A stretch of 62,899 nucleotides of DNA, filler included, from Stramenopiles sp. TOSAG23-3 (GCA_900128585.1; 24 parts of 24 records of this genome joined end to end with filler, not necessarily neighbours in it); one strand, 5' to 3'; positions 11,072-22,755 are shown, counted from the whole stretch's first letter. The notes: generated from the sequence alone by a model not told the origin. Numbers and translations: made by a program.

Positions 11072-12004
11072 CTACTTTTTTATTCCAAGAAGTTCATCGA
11101 CTTGACTTTCCACCGTCGGGGTTGACTCGGTCCCACCTGCGCCAGGGCCTTCATCGTCTTCGCTATTGGACGATTCGTTGCTGCTGCTGCTAGAGGACGA
11201 CGACGACGACGATGAATCGCTGTCGCTATCGTCGTTTTCCCGCTTCCGCCGTTTCTTTTTTCGCTTCTTTTTCTTCTTCTTCTTTTTCTTCTTTTTCTTC
11301 TTTTTCTTCTTCCTTTTCTTTTTGCTGTCGTCGTGTTGCTCACCCTTCCCCCCAAGAATGGCTTTGCGCTGCTCGTCCAACTCTTTCCTATATTGCATCA
11401 TCTGTGCCAGCGATCCGCCTTTGAGGTCTCCCAAGTTTTTCTCTTTGAATTCGTCCCAGCTCACCATAACCTTTCGCCGCGCTTCTAACCGTTGAGCCAT
11501 GGTAACTTTCTCACCCAAGGCACGCTTTCGAAACAATAGAGGGTCCGCCCCAGACGCGGCCGAGGACCCCGCCCCGTCTTCGCTCTGAACGGGTGGTGGT
11601 TCCCCTTCTCTTTTGTTCGCGAGGTCTTTGGTCCCCTTGTCGCTGCTGGAACGTGTCGGTTCTATGTCCTTTTTCGGCGCCTGCTGTTCCCGGTAGTCTA
11701 CGTTCTCGGTAAAATCCGTCCGCGTCTCGCGGCCTTGGGACGTATCCTTTACGACCATCCCAGAAAAGACACGGCGCCTGGTGCCAAACTCAGTCTTCTC
11801 CTCCCTTTTGTACATCTGTTTCAGTTTCTTCCTGCCCCACTTCATGTGTTCCGGATGAAACGTTTTCTCCGCAACAGCCTGCAACACACGCTTCTCTTTT
11901 GTTGGATCATCGTACGACGTGGCGTCGTTGTGGTAATGTTGCCGTAAAACCCCAACCGTTTTTCGCTTCGCGTCATCGTCAAAAGTGTCCCTCGTGTACA
12001 ACAT
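11072..12004 (-). CDS. FAM133-like Lys/Ser-rich nuclear protein
   Basis: SWDEFKEK..MMQYRKELDEQRKAILGG followed by poly-Lys and poly-Ser/Asp tracts. Confidence 0.55.
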   Translation of the reverse strand: MLYTRDTFDDDAKRKTVGVLRQHYHNDATSYDDPTKEKRVLQAVAEKTFHPEHMKWGRKKLKQMYKREEKTEFGTRRRVFSGMVVKDTSQGRETRTDFTENVDYREQQAPKKDIEPTRSSSDKGTKDLANKREGEPPPVQSEDGAGSSAASGADPLLFRKRALGEKVTMAQRLEARRKVMVSWDEFKEKNLGDLKGGSLAQMMQYRKELDEQRKAILGGKGEQHDDSKKKRKKKKKKKKKKKKKKKKRKKKRRKRENDDSDSDSSSSSSSSSSSSNESSNSEDDEGPGAGGTESTPTVESQVDELLGIKK

Positions 12005-12755
12005 GCTGCGTGCCTTTGCTTCTAAACAACAACCACGAAAGGAAAGGAAAACAACACCAAATATCAGGCCCCACAAGAAATTAATTGAACCCAAACTTTC
12101 TGGAATGAAATAAAAAGAGAAGGGGGAACATCTCTAATAATGACATTACATTTTCATGGTGAGTGATGAAATAGTAGTTGAGTATACTACTCCTCTTCTT
12201 CTTTTTCCTGGTGGTGGGGGGGCGACGGGAGGAGGAGGAGGGACCATTATTTTAAATTATTTATTTTAATGCATTATTGGACTTTGTTTTTTTAACTTAA
12301 AATTTTGTTTTTTAATTATACATATGTATAGTATATAGATAAATGAAACATATTTTTGTACCTGAAAGGACCAACCTTAATTATTATTGGTGGCTTCAAT
12401 TTTTTTATTTATTATTTTATATTATTATTATTTATTATTATTTTATTATATTTTTAGCGAAAAAAAATTTTAAAATAATAATAATAATAAAAGTAATAAA
12501 TAATAATTCCATCATTCATCATCATCCATCATCGTCCTTCTCTTCTTCTTCTTCTTTCTACCTTGGCCTACGTATATACATTGAAAGAAAATATGTATGT
12601 AGGGGTAATAAACTTTGTTTCTTTTCTTTGATTTAGTTTCTTTCTAATAGAAAAGGAAGAAGTTAATAACCTGATTTTCTGTTTTGCAGTTCTTCTCATC
12701 TTTCTGCCGTTGTGTTTTTTGTTTATACTACACACAAACTGACCTGGCCGGCGAC

Positions 12756-13085
12756 ATGGGGGAAACGTTTAGTTCTGCTTGTTCAGGGGAACCAGAAGAA
12801 CGTAAGGACAAGGGGAGTAAGTTGCAGTGGAAGTTTGGGGAAGGGGGGGGCAATGAAAGGCGGGGAAGTGGTCGAAGAAATTCGGGGAATGGTTATTTTA
12901 AGACGTCGATGACAAAGTTTGCGTCGCCGGACGAAAAGTCGGGGGCAAGAGGGGACTACGGCGCGACGATAAAGGCGAGGGCTGCGAAAGCGAAGAAAGC
13001 GTACCAGGTCGAGCAGGCAAGGAACGTGAACGGAAAGCTGCACGAAAAGTTAAAGGCGGCCCATCGCAAGTACGTTGCAAAGTTG
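12756..13085 (+). CDS. Hypothetical protein, 3'-truncated; possible N-myristoylation (MGETFSSAC)
   Basis: ATG at 12756, runs into spacer; probable 5'UTR intron GTATGT(12595)..CTGATTTTCTGTTTTGCAG(12689). Confidence 0.6.
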
Positions 13086-13547
13086 NNNNNNNNNNNNNNN
13101 NNNNNNNNNNNNNNNNNNNNNNNNNNNNNTTAATTAATTAANNNNNNNNNNNNNNNNNNNNNNNNNNNNNNNNNNNNNNNNNNNNTGTAGAAGAAGAACG
13201 GAACTATTGAAGAAAAAAAACGACCCTCGTGCCTCGTGGGTGGGTGGTGTATTATTATATTATTACAGTGTATTGCTGACTACTCAAAAATAATATAGAT
13301 AATACGTAAAACTCATATTCACTTATAATTTTATTTTGTCATTGTAGTTTACATGCAAATGAATGTAAGCAGAAATATAACTGTAAGATTGATTTAATGA
13401 TAATATATCATATGTAGATCTAGAACAAGAAGAGGGGTTGGGTCTCTACTCGTATTGAAAAGAGTGGCGTCTCTCTGTGTTAGAGAGGGTTAGAGAGGGT
13501 TAGGGGGTTGGACCGGAGAGGGGGGAGAGGGGTTCAAAGTTCAAAAA

Positions 13548-15419
13548 ATGTCTGATCCCGTGCTTGGATTCCTTCGGGGAAAAACAGAAGATCACAAAAA
13601 AAAGTTCTGGGTGTCGTTGATGCAGATATCGCGGGTCCGGAAAGAAGAACATTACCGCAGGCACCGCGGTGATGTAAACAATTTAAAGAAATACTCGAAG
13701 GAAGAGCAAAACCTCAGGACCGTCGACATGTATAGCAATTCCCAAAATTTTGGGTATGGCCAAAAGTATTTGGTAGAACTTGTTCAGAATGGAACGGAAA
13801 ACATGAAGATTAGAACAAAAGCCGCGTGGAAGGCGGAATTGAGGCGAATGCATACGCCGCTAAAGCTGACGGACACGGGCGACCCCAGCTACAGGCTTGG
13901 TATCCTCTACGCGCTTGGGGATACCGTAAAACAAGACGACAAACATGCAAAAAAGCTCTTTCTCGCCGCATCAAATATTGGGAACGCCAAGGCCCAGTGC
14001 GCACTTGGGGAAATGTACGAAGACGGGAGGGGCGGACCGCGTGATCCGTGGCGGGCCAGTCTGTGGTATGCCAAGGCCGCAGAGAAACGGCACCCTATCG
14101 CATGCTATCGGCTGGGGATCCTTTTGGAAAACGGAGGGGGTGCCATGGGCATTCGTTCCGTCCCGAAAGACCGGCACATGGCACTGGAGTACTACACCAT
14201 CGCCGCCGAAGCCGACCTGGCGGATGCGCTGTTCAACTGTGGCGTTTTGTCGGCGTCACTGAATGGCGACCACCAGACCGCCCTTAGGTGCTATCGGCGT
14301 GCGGCATTTGACCACAACCACCCCGCAGCGATCAACAACCTCGCGTGCATGTTCGAGGTCGGCCAGTGCGTCCCTAAAGATAGAACTCGCGCGGTAGAGC
14401 TGTACAAACTTGCCGCCGACCTGGGCGACGATTATGCCCAGACAAACATGGCGCTCCTGCATGCCCAATCTGCCAAAAGGAAAGAAAAAGCGGCGCAATG
14501 GTTCCACAAACTTGTAGAAATACCAACGCACGCGTCGTTGTTGAAGCAGCAACTCATGGTCCAGCACACGTCGTCTCTTGCGAACCCGTCGTCGGGATGG
14601 CTGACGAGAAAGGTCCAGAACAACACTTTGAGGAAAAACCGGATAGAGGGGGCTAAGAAATTGGCGGAAGCCCAGTTCAACGTGGCAAGCATGTACGCAC
14701 GTGCGCACAAGCAGCACAACAAAAGTGCGGAGTGGTTCCACAAAGCAGCGTTGCAAGGAAACGTAACGGCGATGTTCAACTACGCCATGATGAGGCAAGA
14801 GGGTTTAGGCGTTGAGCAAGACATAGACGAGGCCCGCTATTGGCTCGAGTTGGCCGCAAGTAGTGGAGACATCGACGCTCGGTACAACCTTGGTATGCTA
14901 AATGCTGGGATATACAACAACACGTGCCATTTGCCAATTCCATCGCCTATCCAAGACAGGCCTGGGTCCCGACCGGGCAGTAGGCACGACCCAGAGAAGA
15001 ACGCCCAGATCAGCAGCATAGGGCTAGACGCGCACCCGCCATCGCATGCTGGTGTGAACGTGCTGCGGCCCAATACCAGCTACACAATGGTTGATACTGT
15101 CCGTCCGGGAACGACAAAAGGAAGCCTTGGAGTGTCTGTTCTTCCATTGTCCCCCGTGAAAAAGAAGAAGGAGCGAAGTCCGCCGCAGGGGGTATACGTC
15201 CATTACTGGGACAGGACCAATTCCCAAAAGCTGAAGCAAACGAAAACTTTGCGCCCGAAAACGAACGAGAAACCTACGACTATATCTACGAGAACCCGGC
15301 TTGGCGAGGGGGGTAGACAGATCGTCGGTGGGGGCATTTTTGGGTTTCAAAAGAGCGGTGGCAAAAGCAAACATGACGAGGAGAAATTGAAGCTCGTTAA
15401 CAGAAGCTTGAGTATGTAA
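13548..15419 (+). CDS. Sel1-like repeat protein
   Basis: Many SLR repeats (AQCALGEMYEDGRG..D..A..WY.KAA; AINNLACMFEVGQCV.KD; AMFNYAMMRQEGLGVEQD). Confidence 0.92.
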   Translation: MSDPVLGFLRGKTEDHKKKFWVSLMQISRVRKEEHYRRHRGDVNNLKKYSKEEQNLRTVDMYSNSQNFGYGQKYLVELVQNGTENMKIRTKAAWKAELRRMHTPLKLTDTGDPSYRLGILYALGDTVKQDDKHAKKLFLAASNIGNAKAQCALGEMYEDGRGGPRDPWRASLWYAKAAEKRHPIACYRLGILLENGGGAMGIRSVPKDRHMALEYYTIAAEADLADALFNCGVLSASLNGDHQTALRCYRRAAFDHNHPAAINNLACMFEVGQCVPKDRTRAVELYKLAADLGDDYAQTNMALLHAQSAKRKEKAAQWFHKLVEIPTHASLLKQQLMVQHTSSLANPSSGWLTRKVQNNTLRKNRIEGAKKLAEAQFNVASMYARAHKQHNKSAEWFHKAALQGNVTAMFNYAMMRQEGLGVEQDIDEARYWLELAASSGDIDARYNLGMLNAGIYNNTCHLPIPSPIQDRPGSRPGSRHDPEKNAQISSIGLDAHPPSHAGVNVLRPNTSYTMVDTVRPGTTKGSLGVSVLPLSPVKKKKERSPPQGVYVHYWDRTNSQKLKQTKTLRPKTNEKPTTISTRTRLGEGGRQIVGGGIFGFQKSGGKSKHDEEKLKLVNRSLSM

Positions 15420-15819
15420 AGTAGAGATTTATATTAAAATGTTGCCCTTAAATATGATGATGTTTTGTTCGTTCGGCCCAAACTAATGCGTTTAATATTT
15501 AACTTTTGCATGTTCTGCTATAAATAAGCTGACTGCTGCACACAGAAGACAGAAAACTCCTCCTTTTTGACCAAAATATGTACAACAACAAACGTCGAAA
15601 GGGAACATAACTTCCTGTGGATACGCCGGTGAGTGGTTAGTGTTGTGAATAGGGTGTGTAGATTGGCTTTCGCCTTGAAGCTGAAGCGATGCGTGTTCGT
15701 GTCGTATAAATAATAAAATNNNNNNNNNNNNNNNNNNNNNNNNNNNNNNNNNNNNNNNNNNNNTTAATTAATTAANNNNNNNNNNNNNNNNNNNNNNNNN
15801 NNNNNNNNNNNNNNNNNNN

Positions 15820-16882
15820 GGGGGGGGGGGGGGGGGGGGGGGAGACGGAGGTCCGCATCCCCGACGTCTCCAGCGAGTCCTTCACCAGGGTCCTGGAGTA
15901 CTTGTACACCGACGGGGTCTCCAACGTGCACGAAGGGATTGCCGCTGAGCTGCTCCAGGCCGCGTCGAGGTACTGCCTGGACGGCCTCCTGGCGTGCTGT
16001 GAAATTTTGATAAAGGACTTGGTGAGGGTCGCGAACGTGGCCGACGTGTACGGGGTCGCCATGGAGTGCAACGCGGACCAGCTCGTGGCGTACTGCAAGT
16101 ACTACGCCCGAAAGCACCACGATCACCTGGCCACCCAGGTCTCGGAAGACTCGGCGCCCTCCATCCTGGAGCTGGCGCGGGAGTCGGGCCTGGCAAAACT
16201 CCAGCGAAAGTGCGAACACGTTTTGAAAAATCACCCGTTGCATGGGGGGCTACGCACCGCTGTGCTGACGCCGCTGAAAAAAGACCCAGGGGCCCGCCGT
16301 GCTGAGGCCGCTCGGGAAAGAGCGAGTAGGAATTTCTTCTTCGAGCACGACGGGAAAGGCCCCTCCCCCGTGGGGGAGCGAGGGTCCGCCCAGCGGAAAA
16401 AGGTGAACTGGGACGGCTGGGGCGAGGAGTACGCGGAGAGCGTGGACGATAGCAACGACGAGGAAGGCAATAGGCCGGGCGCGTTCTCGGCGAGACGGCC
16501 GCACGCTAGGTACCACCAGCGGGGCCAAAAGGAGGAGGTGGAGCACTGCAAAGCTGGGGAGGGGCCCGTCCCCTCCCCGATGGCGCCCCAGGGATGGTCG
16601 CGGACCAGCAACAAGCTCCCAGCGCTAAAAGATAGGCTCCTCCCGAGCTCACGAAGAGGAAGGCTGAAGACTTGCAGGGACGAGGGAGTGGATCCCACGT
16701 CCGCTCAAGCTGGCGCCGCCCCGTCGCCACCCGAGGGGAGAAAACGCCGCGAGCCCTCGCCGAGGGAAACGAAGGCCCGCGAGCTCCGGCCAGACGGTGG
16801 TGGGTTCAACAAGTGCGGGGAGGGCAGCAGCGACGAAGAGGAGGCTTTTGTTGGGAAACGGGAACGGGTGCACTCTGGGTGA
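15820..16882 (+). CDS. BTB/POZ(-BACK) protein, 5'-truncated, with disordered C-terminus
   Basis: EVRIPDVSSESFTRVLEYLYTD..ELLQAASRYCLDGLLACCE..NVADVY..A....QLVAYC. Confidence 0.88.
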
Positions 16883-17237
16883 GTGCACGCCACCTGCAGG
16901 TGTACGTGTACATATTTAAAGAAAAAAAGCTCTCAGGGGATTGACATGAAGAAATTTAGTTTGGGGTGTCTGTTGTGAGAAATTTGGTATGATATAATAT
17001 ATACATATAATAGTATGAAAAAACTAATTATATAGTATGTAATATATCATCATAGAGATTCTAAAATTTTATATATCAGAAGGAATTTGGTAAGCTTACA
17101 AAATCTTTTCAGAAATGAACTATCATATCTTTGAAAAGAAAATGCAAACATCAACAATACTCACACCAAGGGTAACCATTCATTTTAAAGAATTTTACGA
17201 AACAACAAAACCAAATTCAACCCTCCCCCCTTGCCCC

Positions 17238-17927
17238 TCAGTCTTCGTATCGTGGGTTTAGGGCAGTTTCGAGCTGCTCGTACGCATCCTGCTGCAACGC
17301 CTGCGTGTTCTGCAGCCTTTGAATAAGTTCCATTTCTAACTTTTCCATCTTCGAGACACGGTTTTCCGCTGCGCTACGCTTGTCGACTTCCCCCTTGACC
17401 TTCTTGTCGTAGACTTGCTTATTTTTCTTCATTTTCGCTATTTCTTTCATCTTCCGGTTCTTTTGGGCGTCCATCTTCTGCTTCCTAATTTTTGATTGGC
17501 GCTCTTTGTTCTTTCGCTGGATCTCCAAGTCTTGCGCCCTTCGCAATTTTTCCATCTTCAGCTTGTGGATCTTCATCTTCTTCGCCGCCCTCCGTGCTTC
17601 CTCCTCCTTCTTCTTTTCCCTCTTTTCACGAGCCGCCCTGGACATTTCGCGCTCGATGTACTTCGCGTCCAAGTTCCGCGTTTCACTATGCATTTTCAAC
17701 TTGGCCTTGGCCTCCAACCTCTCCTTCTTGTTGCTCGAGCGGGTCTTCAAGATAGCTTCCGCCCGTTCTTTGGTACTTTGGATTTTCTTCCATGCTTTCT
17801 TTTCTTCCGCTTCAAGCAGAGCGATTCGGTTCGCCAAAAGTTGGGCATCCCTGTCCACGTTCCTCCGGGCTTCCCGAAGCTGCAAAAGCTGGCTCTTGAA
17901 CCGTTTCTCACTTGCAACGGCTGACAT
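17238..17927 (-). CDS. Conserved-looking all-coiled-coil protein
   Basis: DAQLLANRIALLEAEEKKAWKKI..MEKLEMELIQRLQNTQALQQDAYEQLE; K/R/E-rich. Confidence 0.8.
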   Translation of the reverse strand: MSAVASEKRFKSQLLQLREARRNVDRDAQLLANRIALLEAEEKKAWKKIQSTKERAEAILKTRSSNKKERLEAKAKLKMHSETRNLDAKYIEREMSRAAREKREKKKEEEARRAAKKMKIHKLKMEKLRRAQDLEIQRKNKERQSKIRKQKMDAQKNRKMKEIAKMKKNKQVYDKKVKGEVDKRSAAENRVSKMEKLEMELIQRLQNTQALQQDAYEQLETALNPRYED

Positions 17928-18300
17928 GGGGGAAGGAGTTCAAGATCGATCAAATGTATGCCAAATTTATTTTAAATATATACTGTATTATGTATGCCGT
18001 GTGTGTATATTTGCCATACACACTTCTACCACTTTATCTTCTTATCTTATCTTTCTTTCGTTAATCCGTTTCATTATTTTTCATGTGTTTTTTTCCCTTT
18101 CATGTACTTTTTGTTCCCTTTTTTCCTTCCATTTGTTTTCAAACAGACGTTATATTTTTTTAATTATTTTATTATTATTGATGATGCTAATACAATGCTA
18201 ATTATTATTACAAAACAAAAAAGAAAACAATAATAATAAATAAAAAAATAATAAAGAAGAAGAGAACTAACAACTCTATGAAGAAGAAGAAGAAGACAAA

Positions 18301-18301
18301 A

Positions 18302-18353
<52 letters not shown>
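18301..18353 (+). repeat. (GAAA)n microsatellite at contig end
   Basis: Direct observation; same unit at 24287-24338 (as TTTC) and 28803-28873. Confidence 0.95.
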
Positions 18354-18543
18354 NNNNNNNNNNNNNNNNNNNNNNNNNNNNNNNNNNNNNNNNNNNNTTA
18401 ATTAATTAANNNNNNNNNNNNNNNNNNNNNNNNNNNNNNNNNNNNNNNNNNNNTGTGTATACCACTAGGCATCGAAACGTTCTTGAAATTTGTTTATTTT
18501 CTATTGCCCTGGAAGTAGGGTCGTGTTTCCTTTGAAGTGCCAA

Positions 18544-19707
18544 ATGGCAAGCCTGGTCACCTCTGATGAAACGGACGAACGGGCCGACAGCGCTGGTGGT
18601 GCACCGGCGAGGGAGCTTAACGTTGAACAACTGTCGTTGCATGCTGAGGCTCTGAAAAATGCTGTAAAGGACATTCCTCCCGCAGAGAGACATGTAGTAC
18701 CTCGCGATGCGGTGAAAATAGAAGATTCTAACGAAACCATTACTGCGATAGGCACGCAAGGGAAAAAGGTTACAGTTATTGAAGGGCTCGAGGGCAATGG
18801 TCCTTGCTTGACTAGCCTTTGCCTACGGTCGAATTTAATAGCTAAAATGCAAGGCATGAACCATTTGACCAAGCTTGTAAATTTGGAGCTGTATGACAAT
18901 AAGCTGAAGCGTTTGGAAGGAATTGACCAACTTGTGAACCTAACAAATCTGGACTTGTCTTATAACGACATCCGAAAGTTGGAGAACCTCGGGACTTTGA
19001 CTCAGTTGCGGACGCTGTACGTGGCTCGCAACAAATTAAAAGAGGTTGGCAGCAGTCTGGAAAATTTGACCAGCTTAACCAGGCTGGATCTCGGTTCGAA
19101 CAGAATACGAAAGATAGAAGGCTTTGAGACGTTAACAAATCTATCGGAACTCTGGCTTGGCAGAAACAAGATTACCCGTGTGTGTGGCCTGAGCACGCTG
19201 GTCAACCTGAAGATATTGGACATCCAAAGCAACCGACTGGTCGCGATGGATGGCACGGAGGCACCTGCTGCAGCAGGAGAGGAGGCATCGGCAGAGGGTT
19301 CCACAGTGTCACCACCACCACCACCACCAGCAGGAGCCGATAATGTCGACAACTTAGGGTTGACATGCAACACACATCTGGAAGAACTGTACCTAGGACA
19401 CAACGGCATCCCAACGATAGGTGGACTAGATGCTTTGCAGAAACTGAACACGCTGGATTTATCCAGCAACAAGATTGAAATGGTTCAAAACGTTTCTAAA
19501 TTAGTAAAATTGGAGGAGCTTTGGATGAGCTGCAACCTTGTTGCATCGTTTGATAGCGTAGTGGAACTGCAAAAGACTGCTGTAAAAATAAAGACCCTCT
19601 ATTTGGAACAGAATCCAATATCAAAAGATTTTGAGTACCGGAAACGGCTCGCAGAAATGTTCCCTAGCTTGACCCAAATTGATGCGACCCCATGCAGGAG
19701 AAGGTGA
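18544..19707 (+). CDS. SDS22: Protein phosphatase 1 regulatory subunit Sds22/PPP1R7 (LRR)
   Basis: SDS22-type LRRs (LELYDNKL, LDLSYNDIRKLENL, LDLGSNRIRKIEG, LWLGRNKI, LDIQSNRL) and LRR cap YLEQNP..YRKRL..PSLTQIDATP. Confidence 0.92.
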   Translation: MASLVTSDETDERADSAGGAPARELNVEQLSLHAEALKNAVKDIPPAERHVVPRDAVKIEDSNETITAIGTQGKKVTVIEGLEGNGPCLTSLCLRSNLIAKMQGMNHLTKLVNLELYDNKLKRLEGIDQLVNLTNLDLSYNDIRKLENLGTLTQLRTLYVARNKLKEVGSSLENLTSLTRLDLGSNRIRKIEGFETLTNLSELWLGRNKITRVCGLSTLVNLKILDIQSNRLVAMDGTEAPAAAGEEASAEGSTVSPPPPPPAGADNVDNLGLTCNTHLEELYLGHNGIPTIGGLDALQKLNTLDLSSNKIEMVQNVSKLVKLEELWMSCNLVASFDSVVELQKTAVKIKTLYLEQNPISKDFEYRKRLAEMFPSLTQIDATPCRRR

Positions 19708-19883
19708 TGCTAAATATTTGTTTGCATTCTTGGTAATGTATCGAAGGGTTACTTTCCCGACAGGGTCAAAGGATGGGAGTGGCTATAGATCGTACGTAAT
19801 AAATTAAAGAATTCTTGATGTATTTTAATTAAATATACGATCTTCTTCCGTCGGTTTCTTTTAAAAACAAAAATACGGTTTCT

Positions 19884-20738
19884 TTAAAGGCTGGCAGTGC
19901 TTAATTCATAGCCTCCTTTCCCCATGGGCATCCTGCAATTTATTCTGTGCTTTTGTCCTGCTCTGCCGGGAAACTTGTGATGAGCACTGTCGAACGGCAA
20001 CGCCATGACTATCTTCTCTTTCGTCGATTCCTTAAAGAGTGGATGGGGCTGCATGGCCGGAAAGCCTCGCACATCTATTAATGATCCTGCATTGCTCGAA
20101 GAAAAATCGGACCCTTCACCTCCCTGATCGAAAATATTTTCTCTTATTTCACCTATGCTGTGGTACTGGCTTAGAACTTTAAACACATAAAATTGAGGGG
20201 GGAGAAAGGGCATTTTACCGGAGTTGTTATACTCTATTGCTTCACCCGGGTCAACCCAAGCCAACGACGATGTTTCCAGTCCGTCCGCCTCCAAAAACCG
20301 GAGGTCGGCTTCGCTGCTTTCTGCAAGGAAGAAGAGCGTGGTATACTTGCGCTTCTCCATTTCTGGAGTGACAAAGGTGCAAAAGTGCTTCAGAGCGGAA
20401 TATCGCATTGACACCCTTAATGTTGATAGCATATCAGGGAATGCTCCTGCTTTCTCATGAACTTTCTTCCTCCATTCCCAAACACTCGCAGAGTTCAGTC
20501 TATGACCCGAACACAAAAGCACCCCTGTCTCCTCGAACAATTCCCGCAAAGCCGTAGTCTTTAAGTCTTGGTCTTCTTCTTCGTACAACCCACCCGGGAA
20601 CACAAAAGTCCCCTTTCTACTAACATTGCCGCGCTTTTGGAGAAGGACCTGATAATCATAATTTGACGCGACCGCTGATTTTGCCCGTTGTCGCAGTAGA
20701 ACACAGGTGGACGAAAGGCGCCAAAGTGGGGCAGACAT
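19884..20738 (-). CDS. Nudix hydrolase, NUDT19-like acyl-CoA diphosphatase
   Basis: VFPGG..ALRELFEETGVLL Nudix box; FVTP..KRKYTTLFF; FLPPQFY. Confidence 0.88.
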   Translation of the reverse strand: MSAPLWRLSSTCVLLRQRAKSAVASNYDYQVLLQKRGNVSRKGTFVFPGGLYEEEDQDLKTTALRELFEETGVLLCSGHRLNSASVWEWRKKVHEKAGAFPDMLSTLRVSMRYSALKHFCTFVTPEMEKRKYTTLFFLAESSEADLRFLEADGLETSSLAWVDPGEAIEYNNSGKMPFLPPQFYVFKVLSQYHSIGEIRENIFDQGGEGSDFSSSNAGSLIDVRGFPAMQPHPLFKESTKEKIVMALPFDSAHHKFPGRAGQKHRINCRMPMGKGGYELSTASL

Positions 20739-21086
20739 GGCGGCCCAAAAAACGAATATAAAATTCCTCCCGGTTATAAATTTTTTTTTAGTGCTGCAAA
20801 CGATGCAATGTTCATCTAGTATGTTCTTTGTAAACTGCAGCATTGATCAATAGGTACATTGGTAGCCAACAGTATTAAACTATTGTGTACAACACGCATC
20901 GACAAAACCCACCCTTCTTCGTATCATCTCTTCCAATTCTTGTTGGTAAATATTATTATTATTATTGGGGTGTTTTTTTTTCTCCGNNNNNNNNNNNNNN
21001 NNNNNNNNNNNNNNNNNNNNNNNNNNNNNNTTAATTAATTAANNNNNNNNNNNNNNNNNNNNNNNNNNNNNNNNNNNNNNNNNNNN

Positions 21087-21873
21087 TTGTTGAAAGGTGT
21101 ATTCAAACTACCGAAAGAGCCTATGCTACCTAAACTATCCTTCCGACTTTGACAATGCGATAATATAAACGGATCAATTGCAAGGCTATTCCCTCGATCT
21201 CTTGCAGCGGTCATCATGTCTATACTCACTGATCGCAATCTCCTTGAAACATCATCTTCAAGAGAGTTCAATCTTGGGCGTTGGTTACTTAAATGAGCAT
21301 CTAAAATCTTCCGTATAGATGACACATCCCCACCATCATAATATGTTTCGCAGGCCATTTCCAGCTGCTTGTCCCCGCTGATTAACATGTCCTTCAGGGC
21401 AGACTTTTCTTCGCTGCTTATCGCACCCTAGAGAGAATTCAATTTCATAAAATTGTCAGTATCTAAAGGACATTAAGTTGTGAACATTTTATTCTACTTA
21501 CAGCATTGTACAGCTTACGTACAGTAAAAAGTTGTCCAGAGACACTGCGAGATCGTTTATTTGTGGGTTTTGCGGGGTATTGGGCCTGACGTTCCACTAA
21601 TATAACTTCTTGGTCGTTCTCAAGCAAATGAATAAACTCAGGGTCTATTTTTAACCCACTCTTATGAAGCAACTGGTATTGTTTCCTATAGTCAGCCAAT
21701 CCTTTTTTTTTAACACTTGCTGCATTAGGATGCGCATTTAGAATAGATTCACAGACAGACGAAAAAGCGAAGGGAAAATGGATCAGTACAGGCCTCCTTG
21801 CAGTCAGTTCTTTTTTTGTGCATTTGACTTGGGCATACAGCCGGATATCTCGTTCTGGGGCAAAGCTGGCCAT
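21087..21873 (-). CDS. Two-exon hypothetical protein, 3'-truncated (intron 21428-21501)
   Basis: GTAAGT..TACTGAC..CTCTAG 74-nt phase-0 intron joins ORFs 21463-21888 and 21035-21388 in frame, giving VRKLYNA|GAISSEEKSALKDMLISGD. Confidence 0.8.
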
Positions 21874-22440
21874 TATAATCTCTATCACAATAACCTTTAA
21901 AATATTATTGCGGTAGATTGAAAATGGCTACGATTTCCTGGCAAGTCTGTCGCGTTACTGTACCGTAGGAGAAAATTCTATTGCGTTTTTCCTTGTGCAT
22001 GTAGATAATTCGTGTCTTACAGGCAGTGAATAAAAATAATCAGCAAAAACAATGCAGCAAAATAGTACGTAGTACCTAAAACAATGGATTCGGTAGTACA
22101 ATAGCAACGAAATATTTTGTGCTACTAAAAATACTGTCTGTTTCACTGTGGCGTGTTGTTCCAGGAATATAACAGCGATTATAATTATTTTTTATCCACA
22201 GCAGAGCAGTAAAAAATAAGTTTAAAATCCGACACTCTCATATATTTAGGTTAAGCATTGAAATAATTCAAAGATATTTGCATTGTTATCTATTATATAC
22301 GAATTACTAAATAAATTGGGTAACATCTTTTGCTATACTCTCAAAATTTGGATGTTCGGATTCACCTCCCTTCACTACACTTTTCTGTACTGTATTTTTT
22401 GTATTACTGTAAAATAAAACATAACAAAATGGCCCAATTT

Positions 22441-22755
22441 GGGCCAATTGTCGACTTAATGCTCTGTTTCGTTGTGAGAGAGCTATTTACGTTTGGCCAA
22501 CTTTCCTCGGAACACTTTTTTCCTCTACTAGGAACGTTTTCTAATATTCCTTAACAATAAGGAAGATTACCATATTTCCCGGGACGTATTTTCTGTAAGT
22601 ACACACACATATACTTTTTTAATGACCCTTAATAAAGCAAACAAGGACAAACTAAAAAAGGTTACCCTAATTATAACACTGAATAATTCCGAAGAAAGTT
22701 GGTAAATAGCTCTCACAAGAAACGAACAGAGCATTAGGACGACAATGGCCATTTG
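22441..22755. mobile_element. Degenerate MITE-like element with ~70-bp terminal inverted repeats
   Basis: 22441-22512 is the imperfect reverse complement of 22687-22755; non-coding interior. Confidence 0.65.

Noticed and set aside
16868..16899. 21-nt GTGAGT..CTGCAG mini-intron or 8-bp hairpin spanning the BTB gene's TGA
   Set aside because: Much shorter than the one supported intron (74 nt); the extension runs into AT-rich UTR-like sequence; no SECIS evidence
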